A model generated the notes under the pieces. It did no database searches, was not told the DNA's origin, and saw only the letters and a list, made by a program, of their open reading frames with translations. Of a stretch of 32,000 bases of DNA, positions 1 through 8,764 are shown one piece after another (position 1 is the stretch's first letter; each line of letters opens with the position of its first letter). This DNA is from Aliivibrio fischeri ES114. GTDB taxonomy: Bacteria; Pseudomonadota; Gammaproteobacteria; Enterobacterales; Vibrionaceae. A program made the translations under genes and the position numbers. The stretch is from NCBI RefSeq assembly GCF_000011805.1, contig NC_006840.2; one strand, given 5' to 3'.

Positions 1-2
1 AC

Positions 3-2645
3 GATCCTGATGATCGTCAAGGCCTTGCTCACTTCTTAGAGCATATGCTGTTTCTCGGTACACAAAAATACCCAAAAGTTGGAGAGTTTCACTCTTTCAT
101 TAATCAGCAAGGTGGCTCTAATAACGCATGGACAGGAACCGAAAATACCACCTTCTTTTTTGAAGTATCGCATTCAGCGTTTGAAGAAGGATTGGATCGC
201 TTTGGTCAATTTTTCTATGCCTCATTATTCAATGAGGAAGCTGTAGATAAAGAGCGTAATGCGGTTGATTCAGAGTATAAACTCAAATTAAAAGATGATG
301 TTCGCCGCATTTATCAAGTTCATAAAGAAACCGTTAACCAAGCCCACCCTTTCTCTAAATTCTCCGTTGGTAGCATTGATACATTAGCAGATAAAGAGAG
401 CTCATCTATCCGCGATGAAATGCTCACTTTTTATCAAACGCATTATTCTGCTGATTTAATGACAGCCGTTGTACTTGGGAATCGACCTCTTTGTGAGTTA
501 GAGCTATTAGCAACTCAATCTTTTGCATCAATCCCTAATCAAAATCTTGGACATAAAGAAATTAATGTTTCTTATGTCACACCAAAAGAACAAAGTTGTT
601 GGATTAACATTGAACCGCTAAAAGAAGTTAGAAAGCTAAGTCTTGCGTTTCATTTACCTAATCAAGATCGTTTTTATAAAACAAAACCGCTTAATTATCT
701 TGGTCACCTTCTTGGCTATGAAGGTGACGGCAGCTTAATGCTCTACCTGAAAAAATTAGGATATATTCACTCATTGACTGCAGGCGGTGGGGTAAGCGGA
801 AGTAACTTCAGAGAATTTACTCTTTCTTTTAATCTGACCGAAAAAGGCATGCTTCATCTTGATGAGATCATTCTCAATACTTATCAGTATATTGAATTGA
901 TTAAACAGCAAGGTCTTGATGAGTGGCGCTACAATGAAAAGAAAGCGGTATTAGAATCTGCATTTCAATTCCAAGAAAAAACTAAGCCTCTTGATTTAGT
1001 TAGTCACTTAGTCATGAATTTACAGCGTTATCATAAAGAAGATGCTATGTACGCTGATTACATGATGGAAGGTTATCATGAACAACACGTTCTCGATCTA
1101 CTTGAGCAATTTACCCCTGAAAAAATGCGAGTCACTCTCGTAGCTCAAGATTTACAATATGATCGTAAAGATAAGTGGTATCACACCCCTTACTCTGTTC
1201 AGCCATTAAGTGAAGCCCAAATAAAGAGTTGGAGTCATGCTGAACTGCATCCTGAACTTCATTTGCCAGAGAAAAACCCTTATATCTGCTATGATTTAGA
1301 GCCTCAAGAATTAAAAGAAACCACCGTTCTTCCAACATTACTTGAAGACCTACCTGGTTTTCGTCTATGGCATAAGCAAGAAGAAGAATTCCGTGTGCCA
1401 AAAGGCATGGTATACATTGCAATAGATAGCCCACATGCCATTTCAGATCCAAGAAAAATAGTAAAAACACGCTTATGTGTCGAAATGCTTATGGATGCAC
1501 TAAGTGAACAAACTTACCAAGCTGAAATTGCAGGAATGGGGTATAACCTATATTGCCATCAAGGAGGCGTAACATTAACGCTTTCTGGCTTTAGTCAAAA
1601 ACAGCCCTTATTGCTGGATGTGATATTAAAACGTTTTTCTACACGTGAATTCAGCGCTGAACGATTTGATTTTATAAAAAATCAACTGATCCGTCATTGG
1701 GGGAATGCATCAAAAGAGCGCCCTATTTCACAGCTTTTCAACGCATTATCTGGAATTTTACAACCAAACAACCCTCCATACCCAGTGCTTCTTGAAGCAT
1801 TAGAAAGTATTGAAGTGGATGATTTACCGAATTTTGTTCAAGCTATGTTCGCTGAGTTGCACGTTGAGATGTTTGTCTATGGCGATTGGACTAAAGAACA
1901 AGCGTTGGAATTAGGTCGTTCTTTAAAAGATACCCTACGGATGCAAAATCAAACTTATGGCGAATCATTCCGTCCACTAGTTATGCTTGGGGAATCAGGA
2001 ACATTCCAAAGAGAATTAGTATGTGACCATTCTGATTCTGCACTTTTGGTTTATTATCAATCTCCACAAGAAGATCCACGCAGTTTTGCCCTTTATACTC
2101 TTGCAAACCATTTAATGTCGGCTTCCTTTTTCCATGAGATCCGTACAAAGCAGCAATTAGGTTATATGGTAGGAACAGGAAATTTACCTCTTAATAAGCA
2201 TCCTGGATTAATTTTATACGTACAATCACCAATGGCACCACCCGCTATTTTACTTGATGCTATTGATGAATTTTTAAATGCTTTCTATATGGTTTTATTA
2301 GAGTTAAATGAGCACCAGTGGCAATCCAGTAAACAAGGCTTAATCGATCAAATATCAGATCCTGATACTAATCTACGAGGTCGAGCTCAACGTTTATGGA
2401 CATGTATAGGAAATAAAGACACGAATTTTGATCATAAAGAGCGAGTCACTGAGGAGCTTAAGAGTTTAACGAGAATTGAAATGATCCGTTTTGTCGTTGG
2501 TATATTAAAACCAAGAACAGCGAATCGTTTAATTATGCATTCTCAAGGAACAGAGCATCAGCAATATGACCGCTTAGATGTTGGCTTTGAAATTGATTCT
2601 ATTGATCAATTTCAACTAAGAAAAAAAGACATCAACCTCGGTTAA
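3..2645 (+). CDS. Insulinase-family (M16) zinc metalloprotease, protease III/insulysin-like, 5'-truncated by the window edge
   Basis: The open frame continues upstream of the listed start at 45. Nt 3-44 encode DPDDRQGLAHFLEH, which contains the inverted zinc motif HxxEH (HFLEH, 30-44), followed by MLFLGTQKYPKVGEFHSFINQQGGSNNAWTGTENTTFFFEV, typical of the insulysin/protease III group. Confidence 0.93.
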   Translation, partial: DPDDRQGLAHFLEHMLFLGTQKYPKVGEFHSFINQQGGSNNAWTGTENTTFFFEVSHSAFEEGLDRFGQFFYASLFNEEAVDKERNAVDSEYKLKLKDDVRRIYQVHKETVNQAHPFSKFSVGSIDTLADKESSSIRDEMLTFYQTHYSADLMTAVVLGNRPLCELELLATQSFASIPNQNLGHKEINVSYVTPKEQSCWINIEPLKEVRKLSLAFHLPNQDRFYKTKPLNYLGHLLGYEGDGSLMLYLKKLGYIHSLTAGGGVSGSNFREFTLSFNLTEKGMLHLDEIILNTYQYIELIKQQGLDEWRYNEKKAVLESAFQFQEKTKPLDLVSHLVMNLQRYHKEDAMYADYMMEGYHEQHVLDLLEQFTPEKMRVTLVAQDLQYDRKDKWYHTPYSVQPLSEAQIKSWSHAELHPELHLPEKNPYICYDLEPQELKETTVLPTLLEDLPGFRLWHKQEEEFRVPKGMVYIAIDSPHAISDPRKIVKTRLCVEMLMDALSEQTYQAEIAGMGYNLYCHQGGVTLTLSGFSQKQPLLLDVILKRFSTREFSAERFDFIKNQLIRHWGNASKERPISQLFNALSGILQPNNPPYPVLLEALESIEVDDLPNFVQAMFAELHVEMFVYGDWTKEQALELGRSLKDTLRMQNQTYGESFRPLVMLGESGTFQRELVCDHSDSALLVYYQSPQEDPRSFALYTLANHLMSASFFHEIRTKQQLGYMVGTGNLPLNKHPGLILYVQSPMAPPAILLDAIDEFLNAFYMVLLELNEHQWQSSKQGLIDQISDPDTNLRGRAQRLWTCIGNKDTNFDHKERVTEELKSLTRIEMIRFVVGILKPRTANRLIMHSQGTEHQQYDRLDVGFEIDSIDQFQLRKKDINLG

Positions 2646-2672
2646 TAATCTAAAATTCACGTCATAAAAATA

Positions 2673-2695
2673 AGGCCATCATAACGATGGCCTTT
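2673..2695. terminator. Bidirectional intrinsic terminator between the convergent M16 protease and fadJ genes
   Basis: AAGGCCATC-ATAAC-GATGGCCTT: perfect 9-bp stem with a 5-nt loop, T-run on the + side. Confidence 0.8.
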
Positions 2696-2712
2696 TAATT
2701 ATATTGGTATTA

Positions 2713-4812
2713 TTACTCAATAAATCGATCACCGTATTTATCGGCATAGTTTCTCATTAAGGTCGCTAATTTCTCTTCCCCTAACGTGTTCATATAAGTA
2801 AAAGGTCCACCTAAAAATGGAGGAAAACCAATGCCAAAAATAGCACCGATATCGCCATCTCTTTCAGAAGCTATTATCCCTTCATCTAAACAACGTTTTG
2901 CCTCTGCCAACATAGGTAATACACAACGCATTGCGATTTCATTTTTACTTAGTTGTGACTGCGGCTTGATGTTTAATAAGGTATACACCTCTTGATCAGG
3001 TTCTTTCTTTTTCCCTTTATAAACATAAAATCCACGTTTTGTTTTCTTACCCAATCGCTTATCGTCAATTAAGGTCTGAAATACATCAGGGCTTCGGAAT
3101 CTATCTCCTAACTCCGCTTCCAATATCGGCATAATTTTCGCGCCAATATCAACTCCAACCTCATCTAATAATGAAATAGGCCCAACAGGAAATCCAAAAT
3201 CCAATAAGGCTTCATCGAGCACCTCTATTGGCTCTCCAGCAAGTAACAGACGTGCCGCCTCATTCATATAAGGCGCAAGGATACGATTAACATAAAAGCC
3301 CGCAGAATCTTTTACAACAATAGGCGTTTTACCCTGTTGCTTAGCCAAAGCCACTACGGTTGAGATGGTTTCATCGCTGGTTGTTGCGTGTGGAATAACC
3401 TCAACCAATGGCATTTTTTCAACTGGACTAAAATAATGAAGGCCAACAATATTTTCAGGCTTTTGAGCCCCCTCGGCTATTTGGCCTATGGGAAGCGAAG
3501 ACGTATTCGTTGCAAAAATAACGTCTTCTTTGCCTTGTTCTTGTACTGCTTTTACCATCTCTTGTTTTAGGTTTAAATCTTCAAATACGGCTTCAACAAC
3601 CACATCTAACTTTTTAAAACCGTCAAACTCTGTCACTCCAGTTAATTGCAGCATTTGTTGTTGTAATTGCGCTTTTGAAATAATTCGGCGCTTTCTCAAC
3701 GTATCTAATCGTTGATAGTGATATTGGTAAGCATTAAGTAATCCATCATTATTGATGTCTTTTATCGTTACTTTCTTTTTCGCTTTAGCAATAGAAACAT
3801 GGGCAATACCTCCTCCCATTAATCCACCACCTAGTACCCCAACATAATCGATGGATTTAGGTTCAGCATCACTGCCTTTTTCTTTTTTCATCTCTGTCAT
3901 GGCAAAGAATAAAGAGCGTAATGCCGCCGATTCTGGCGTCATGGCCAATCGAGCAAATTGTTCAGCTTCTCGTTGTAATCCTTTTTTCATCCCTTTATCT
4001 AAACCATGCTCGATACAGTCTAAAATAGCGGCAATGGCAGGATAATTACCACGAGCTTTTTTCTGTGCTTGTTTTTCCGCTTGCGAGAAAATGACATTAC
4101 GTCCTAATGGATTTCGAGATAACCCCCATTCTTTTGCAGTCAATTTACGTTTCGCTTTTTTCTTTAAAGCAAAGTCCGCAGCTATACGAGACAAAATAGT
4201 ATGAGGAACAGATGCATCTACTACGCCTAATTTCAGTGCTGTTTTAGGTCTTAGTTGCTTACCCGTTAAGATAATATCCAAACTTGGCAGTAGCCCGATT
4301 AATCGTGGTAATCGCTGAGTTCCACCTGAACCTGGGAGTAACCCTAATTGAACCTCCGGTAAACCGAGCTTGGTTTTATTGTCATCACTACAAACACGAT
4401 AATCACATGCTAAAGCTAGCTCTAATCCGCCTCCTAGGCATGGACCATGTATTGCTGCAACCGTAGCAAATGGAAGATCTTCAATCCTCTGAAATAAATG
4501 CTGTCCTTTTTCAGCCAAGGCTTGTGCTTCTGAGGCATTTTGGCAATTAGCTATCATATTAATATCAGCGCCTGCGATAAAATTATCGGGCTTACCTGAT
4601 TGAATCACTAACCCCTTAATATGAGCTTGTTGCTCTTCAATCTCATCTAAAACTTGAGTCACTTGCTCAGCAAAAGCAGCTTGGAGTGTATTCATTTTTT
4701 CATTCGGAACATCGATGGTTAACCATGCAATTTGCTCATCATCTTTAGTCCATGCAAATGCACTGGTATTTTTAACGGCTTCAAGCGTATTATTTTTCGT
4801 TTCTAACGTCAT
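2713..4812 (-). CDS. fadJ: Fatty acid oxidation complex alpha subunit (enoyl-CoA hydratase / 3-hydroxyacyl-CoA dehydrogenase), FadJ type
   Basis: 699 aa. N-terminal crotonase domain ([42 protein letters not shown]), then an NAD-binding 3-hydroxyacyl-CoA dehydrogenase ([30 protein letters not shown]). Located downstream of the thiolase gene. Confidence 0.95.
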   Translation of the reverse strand: MTLETKNNTLEAVKNTSAFAWTKDDEQIAWLTIDVPNEKMNTLQAAFAEQVTQVLDEIEEQQAHIKGLVIQSGKPDNFIAGADINMIANCQNASEAQALAEKGQHLFQRIEDLPFATVAAIHGPCLGGGLELALACDYRVCSDDNKTKLGLPEVQLGLLPGSGGTQRLPRLIGLLPSLDIILTGKQLRPKTALKLGVVDASVPHTILSRIAADFALKKKAKRKLTAKEWGLSRNPLGRNVIFSQAEKQAQKKARGNYPAIAAILDCIEHGLDKGMKKGLQREAEQFARLAMTPESAALRSLFFAMTEMKKEKGSDAEPKSIDYVGVLGGGLMGGGIAHVSIAKAKKKVTIKDINNDGLLNAYQYHYQRLDTLRKRRIISKAQLQQQMLQLTGVTEFDGFKKLDVVVEAVFEDLNLKQEMVKAVQEQGKEDVIFATNTSSLPIGQIAEGAQKPENIVGLHYFSPVEKMPLVEVIPHATTSDETISTVVALAKQQGKTPIVVKDSAGFYVNRILAPYMNEAARLLLAGEPIEVLDEALLDFGFPVGPISLLDEVGVDIGAKIMPILEAELGDRFRSPDVFQTLIDDKRLGKKTKRGFYVYKGKKKEPDQEVYTLLNIKPQSQLSKNEIAMRCVLPMLAEAKRCLDEGIIASERDGDIGAIFGIGFPPFLGGPFTYMNTLGEEKLATLMRNYADKYGDRFIE

Positions 4813-6140
4813 TATTCAACCTCCAACACCATTGCTGCACCTAAACCACCAGCGGCACAAGCCGTATTTAATCCTAATCCACCACCACGACGTTTTAATT
4901 CTCGTAATGTTTGAATAATCATTCTGGCTCCTGTTGCTGCAAATGGATGCCCATAGGCTATTGACCCACCAAGGACATTAAATTTCTCCATATCAATTTC
5001 GCCAATGGCTTTATCTCTACCTAAATATTCTTTAGCAAATTTGTTTGAAGCAAACATTTTCACATTTGAAAGGGTTTGTGCTGCAAAAGCTTCATGCATA
5101 TCAATTAAGGTAAGGTCTGATAATGAAATTCCCGCTTTATCCAAGGCCATTGGCGTCGCATAAGATGGTCCCATTAACATATCGTGATGCACATCTATCG
5201 CACTGAACGCAAATGAACGAATATAACCTAATGGCTCATAACCTAATTCTTTTGCTCGTTTTTCACTCATTAATAATAAAGCGGCGCCACCATCTGTTAA
5301 TGGCGTACTATTAGCTGCAGTGACTGAACCATATTTATGATCAAATGCAGGGCGTAATTTGGCATAACTTGCTAGATCTGAATCGTGACGAATATTATTA
5401 TCATGATCTAACCATGCGGTATAAGGTTCAGGGAAAGCGGTCATTACTTCATCTTGAATAAGCCCATCTTTCCATGCTTTGGCAGCAAGAGTATGTGAAC
5501 GATGTGCTAATGCATCTTGTTCTTCACGTGTTATTCCATGACTTTTAGCCATTTGTTCTGCTGTTTGTCCCATAGAAATTCCCGTTGAATATTCAGCGAC
5601 AGCAGGAGGAACAGGAGCAATGTCTTTTAATGATAAAGTGCGAAGAAGTGATAACTTTTGGTAAACGGTTTTTGTTTTACTAAGAGCAAGTAAAGTAGAA
5701 GCTAACTTTTTAGAGACACCAATGGGCAATACAGAGGAAGAATCTGCACCACCAGCAATACCAATATCAATCGTGCCTGCCATAATACTCTCCACAACAT
5801 TAGCTGTAGTTTGAAAGCTCGTCGCACAAGCTCTAGTAACACTATAAGCATCAGTACCTATATTCATCCCCGTACCCAAAACAATTTCGCGAGCAATATT
5901 CGGAGCTTCTGGCATTTGTACCACTTGGCCAAACACGACTTGATCTATTAATTTAGGATCAATATCCGTTTTATCCATTAATGCTTTTACCGCTAACTTA
6001 CCAAGATCTACAGCTGGTGTAGTGCTGAATGCTGTCGATTGTTTAGCAAACGGAGTTCGAATACCTGATACAACAGCAATACGGTCACCTTGTCGTGTCG
6101 TTAACGGTTGATACTTACTTGAATTTACGCTGTTTGACAT
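4812..6140 (-). CDS. fadI: 3-ketoacyl-CoA thiolase FadI
   Basis: Thiolase signatures ([53 protein letters not shown]). The listed ORF starts at 6155, but ATG at 6140 (MSNSVNSS) is preceded by AAGGAGA, so 6140 is preferred. The stop overlaps the fadJ start as TAATG. Confidence 0.94.
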   Translation of the reverse strand: MSNSVNSSKYQPLTTRQGDRIAVVSGIRTPFAKQSTAFSTTPAVDLGKLAVKALMDKTDIDPKLIDQVVFGQVVQMPEAPNIAREIVLGTGMNIGTDAYSVTRACATSFQTTANVVESIMAGTIDIGIAGGADSSSVLPIGVSKKLASTLLALSKTKTVYQKLSLLRTLSLKDIAPVPPAVAEYSTGISMGQTAEQMAKSHGITREEQDALAHRSHTLAAKAWKDGLIQDEVMTAFPEPYTAWLDHDNNIRHDSDLASYAKLRPAFDHKYGSVTAANSTPLTDGGAALLLMSEKRAKELGYEPLGYIRSFAFSAIDVHHDMLMGPSYATPMALDKAGISLSDLTLIDMHEAFAAQTLSNVKMFASNKFAKEYLGRDKAIGEIDMEKFNVLGGSIAYGHPFAATGARMIIQTLRELKRRGGGLGLNTACAAGGLGAAMVLEVE

Positions 6141-6162
6141 TGCTTCTCCTTGCATATATCAA

Positions 6163-6179
6163 AGGTGGTCAGACCTCAA
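6163..6179. promoter_or_regulatory. Candidate FadR operator upstream of fadIJ
   Basis: AGGTGGTCAGACCTCAA, with a perfect GGTC-A-GACC core; close to the E. coli FadR consensus AACTGGTCNGACCTGTT. Confidence 0.6.
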
Positions 6180-6355
6180 ATTGTAACCAAGTTGTTAATA
6201 AGATATAGTGATGATAATCACAGGCTCATCATAGAATAATGAATTTGGTCATGAGCTTAATTAAACGATGAATAGCAATGCTTTTATTGATATATAAATT
6301 TCGAGGTTATAGATAGGTATTAAGGAGGTTTTTGATCTAATTCTGTTTTTTTGGT

Positions 6356-6383
6356 AAAAAAAAACCACATCAGTCGATGTGGT
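6356..6383 (-). terminator. Intrinsic terminator on the minus strand inside the fadI-fadL gap
   Basis: The minus strand reads ACCACATC-GACT-GATGTGGT followed by a run of T's: 8-bp stem, 4-nt loop. No protein-coding gene is immediately upstream of it on that strand. Confidence 0.75.
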
Positions 6384-6511
6384 CAGAATAAAAAACAATT
6401 AACGAGTAGCCAATTGTAAAAATCAGTTTCACCTGATAAGGAGAAAGTAAAGTCAGCCTTCAAAAGGAAATGTTATCTTGCTCAACGGGTTGATTACTCA
6501 ACCAGATAACG
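6356..6511 (-). ncRNA. Putative intergenic small RNA of about 155 nt
   Basis: Minus strand: FNR-like box (6545-6558), -10 TATAGT (6518-6523), predicted start near 6510-6511, nested 5' hairpin (GTTATCT...AGATAAC enclosing GGTTGA-GTAA-TCAACC), pyrimidine-rich CTTTCTCCTTAT, and intrinsic terminator ACCACATC-GACT-GATGTGGT + T9. No plausible ORF covers it. Confidence 0.5.
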
Positions 6512-6544
6512 AGATCAACTATAACGTTAATCTCAATTCATTTA

Positions 6545-6558
6545 TTGAAATAGATCAA
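6545..6558. promoter_or_regulatory. Candidate FNR-type binding site
   Basis: TTGAAATAGATCAA against consensus TTGATNNNNATCAA (9 of 10 defined positions); centred about -40.5 to -41.5 from the predicted small-RNA start. Confidence 0.35.
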
Positions 6559-6892
6559 TTTTATGTTCTTTTACTACTTTTTGGTCTTATGAATACAAAC
6601 CCCACCTTCCGTTCATCAAACTGATGCTTTTTCCCTCACCATAAAATTAAAATACAAAAACGGGTTAAAAATCACGATTTTTCATTTAGTTAACCATTTT
6701 TTTGACGCTTAGTTAGAGCATAAACTCTATTTTCACTTAAGTAAGCATCTATAACTTTAAAATCAATGAGTTATAAATATAAAAATAAAAATTAAAAAGC
6801 ATAAAAAATAGAGTTAAAGCTCTATTAACATCAATTAGAACGCTATTTACGAACAAATCACGTCCAGATCACGAATTTTAACGATTTTTTAG

Positions 6893-6909
6893 CAGTGGTC
6901 GGATTTGTC
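6893..6909. promoter_or_regulatory. Candidate FadR operator upstream of fadL copy 1
   Basis: CAGTGGTCGGATTTGTC, 12 of 16 defined positions of AACTGGTCNGACCTGTT; shares the core TGGTCGGATnTGT with the site upstream of fadL copy 2. Confidence 0.45.
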
Positions 6910-7020
6910 GTCTATGCTCAGATCGTTATTATCTCGCCATCGAGATTTAAGTCTCAACTAAATAAATCTTTTCAGTCTTGAGAATTGAAAGGAAATAACA
7001 ATACACGGAATATAATAATT

Positions 7021-8247
7021 ATGAATAAGAAGCGTCTGTTTTCAAAAACACTTCTAGCAGCAACCATCACTCTTGCAACACAACAAGCTACTGCTGCCGG
7101 TTTCCAACTAAACGCACAATCAGCAACAGGTCTAGGCCGTGCATTTGCTGGTGATGCTGTAATCGCTGATAACGCATCAGTAATGTCACGTAACGCCGCT
7201 GCAATGGCTCTTTTTGATTCATCACAATTTTCAGCTGGTCTTAACTATATTGATACTGATATCAAAGTAAGTGATATTCAATATGGTGGACAGGACATTG
7301 ATGATGCAAATAATGGTAGCGGTACTCCTGTTCCTAATATTTACTACATCCACCGTTTAAATGATAAATGGGCATTTGGTGCTGGTATTTATTCTAACTT
7401 CGGAACAGAAAATAATTTTGAAAATGATTTTGGAACAAGCCATACAACTGTTGGAGCAAGTGCATTAGGTGGAACAACTGAAATTAAAAGTGTCAATTTC
7501 GCTTTAACTACATCATACCGTATTAACGAACAATGGAGCGTTGGTGGTGGGTTAGATGTTATTTATGGTGCAGGAACATTAAAACGTGAAGTATCAGTTA
7601 AAAACCCAATGACTGGTGATATAACAACTGCAGCAACTCTAGTTGACATTGATGCGACAGGTACAGGTCTTGGCTTCAATCTTGGTACTGTCTACGAACT
7701 AGATGAACGTAACCGTTTTGGTTTCTCATACCATTACAGTCCTGAAATTGAAGCAGAAGATGGCAACCAGAAAGTAACATTACCACTCCCTGATATGCTT
7801 GAATTTTCTGGTTACCACGAAATCAAAGACACTAAATTTGCAGTTCATTACTCTGTTCAATACATTGGCTGGAGTGATTTTGACAAAATCGAATTCACAA
7901 ATAACCCAAGCGGTCTAAGTGAGAGCGTATATGATTGGCAAAATGGTATGCACTACGCAATTGGTGGTACTTATTTCCTAAACGATGCATGGACATTACG
8001 TGCTGGTTACATGTATGACACAGCAGCTCAAGATGAACTAACATCGATTTCTGTACCTGATTCAGATCGTCAGTGGTTCTCAGCAGGCTTTAGCTACCAC
8101 TTTGAGAAGAAGCACACAGTTGACTTCGGCTTCACTTACCTAATGGGTGATGATGTAGAAGTTGAAGAATCATCTATCCAAACTCTAAAAGCAACAACAC
8201 ACGCAGATGCAATTCTTGCTGGTGTTCAGTACAGCTACAGCTTCTAA
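7021..8247 (+). CDS. fadL: Long-chain fatty acid outer membrane transporter, FadL/OmpP1 family (copy 1)
   Basis: Signal peptide MNKKRLFSKTLLAATITLATQQATA, then AGFQLNAQSATGLGRAFAGDAVIADNAS, ending in an aromatic residue (YSYSF). The listed ORF starts at 6985 on a non-standard codon; ATG at 7021 fits the signal peptide. Confidence 0.92.
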   Translation: MNKKRLFSKTLLAATITLATQQATAAGFQLNAQSATGLGRAFAGDAVIADNASVMSRNAAAMALFDSSQFSAGLNYIDTDIKVSDIQYGGQDIDDANNGSGTPVPNIYYIHRLNDKWAFGAGIYSNFGTENNFENDFGTSHTTVGASALGGTTEIKSVNFALTTSYRINEQWSVGGGLDVIYGAGTLKREVSVKNPMTGDITTAATLVDIDATGTGLGFNLGTVYELDERNRFGFSYHYSPEIEAEDGNQKVTLPLPDMLEFSGYHEIKDTKFAVHYSVQYIGWSDFDKIEFTNNPSGLSESVYDWQNGMHYAIGGTYFLNDAWTLRAGYMYDTAAQDELTSISVPDSDRQWFSAGFSYHFEKKHTVDFGFTYLMGDDVEVEESSIQTLKATTHADAILAGVQYSYSF

Positions 8248-8272
8248 GATTTATTCTTAAAAGTATAAAATC

Positions 8273-8301
8273 AAAAGGTCAGCATACGCTGGCCTTTTTT
8301 G
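8273..8301 (+). terminator. Intrinsic terminator after fadL copy 1
   Basis: AAAGGTCAGC-ATAC-GCTGGCCTTTTTT: 10-bp stem with one G-T wobble, then T-run. Confidence 0.75.
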
Positions 8302-8582
8302 ATCTTGAAAAACAGTATTTAGAACGCTTCGCTTCAAGGGACTAGGGACGAGTATGAGCAGACAACCCCCTCTAACTCCCCCTTCTATTTACTTTATCGA
8401 CCCCAATGACTCATCAATCAAGGGGGAGAACCTTCTTTGATGCTATACGTTCAGCGATCTGAATCCTGCTCCTCCTGAATTCTAGTCGCTAAAAACTCGT
8501 TCCTGCCCATAACCCCCTAAAAATTTCAGCGTACACATATACCCTCAAATGCATATTCAGACCTACACCTGTACGCCCAAAT

Positions 8583-8599
8583 AACACATCCGACCAGAT
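8583..8599. promoter_or_regulatory. Candidate FadR operator upstream of fadL copy 2
   Basis: AACACATCCGACCAGAT, reverse complement ATCTGGTCGGATGTGTT: 13 of 16 defined positions of AACTGGTCNGACCTGTT. Confidence 0.6.
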
Positions 8600-8764
8600 A
8601 AATACAGAAAATTTAGCTAATTTTGAAGTTTTTTGCAGAAAAAAGCCCTTAAAACACGAAAATATCGATTTTTTATTTGAAGTTTTTGCTCTAAAACGTA
8701 TTATCCACCCCAACTAATCACCACCAAATTCAGCGAACACTTGAATTTGATTTTGGAATTTATA

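Noticed and set aside
1132-1470. 112-aa antisense ORF inside the M16 protease gene
   Set aside because: Fully contained on the opposite strand of a well-supported gene; no recognizable domain.
3388-4466. Several 60-75 aa plus-strand ORFs over fadJ
   Set aside because: Antisense to a conserved coding sequence, no domain signatures, no convincing ribosome binding context.
6410-6470. Small ORF on the minus strand (VKLIFTIGYSLIVFYSDHID) inside the putative small RNA
   Set aside because: GTG start without a Shine-Dalgarno sequence, and the ORF runs into the terminator stem; not enough to call a peptide.
6667-6720. Possible sigma-70 promoter TTGACG ... TAAACT near 6700 on the + strand
   Set aside because: The spacer is only 13 nt; a 17-nt spacer gives a poor -10 (CTCTAT).
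8489-8713. 74-aa minus-strand ORF in the gap between the fadL copies
   Set aside because: Covers the candidate FadR site and repeat-like sequence; no recognizable domain; likely chance.
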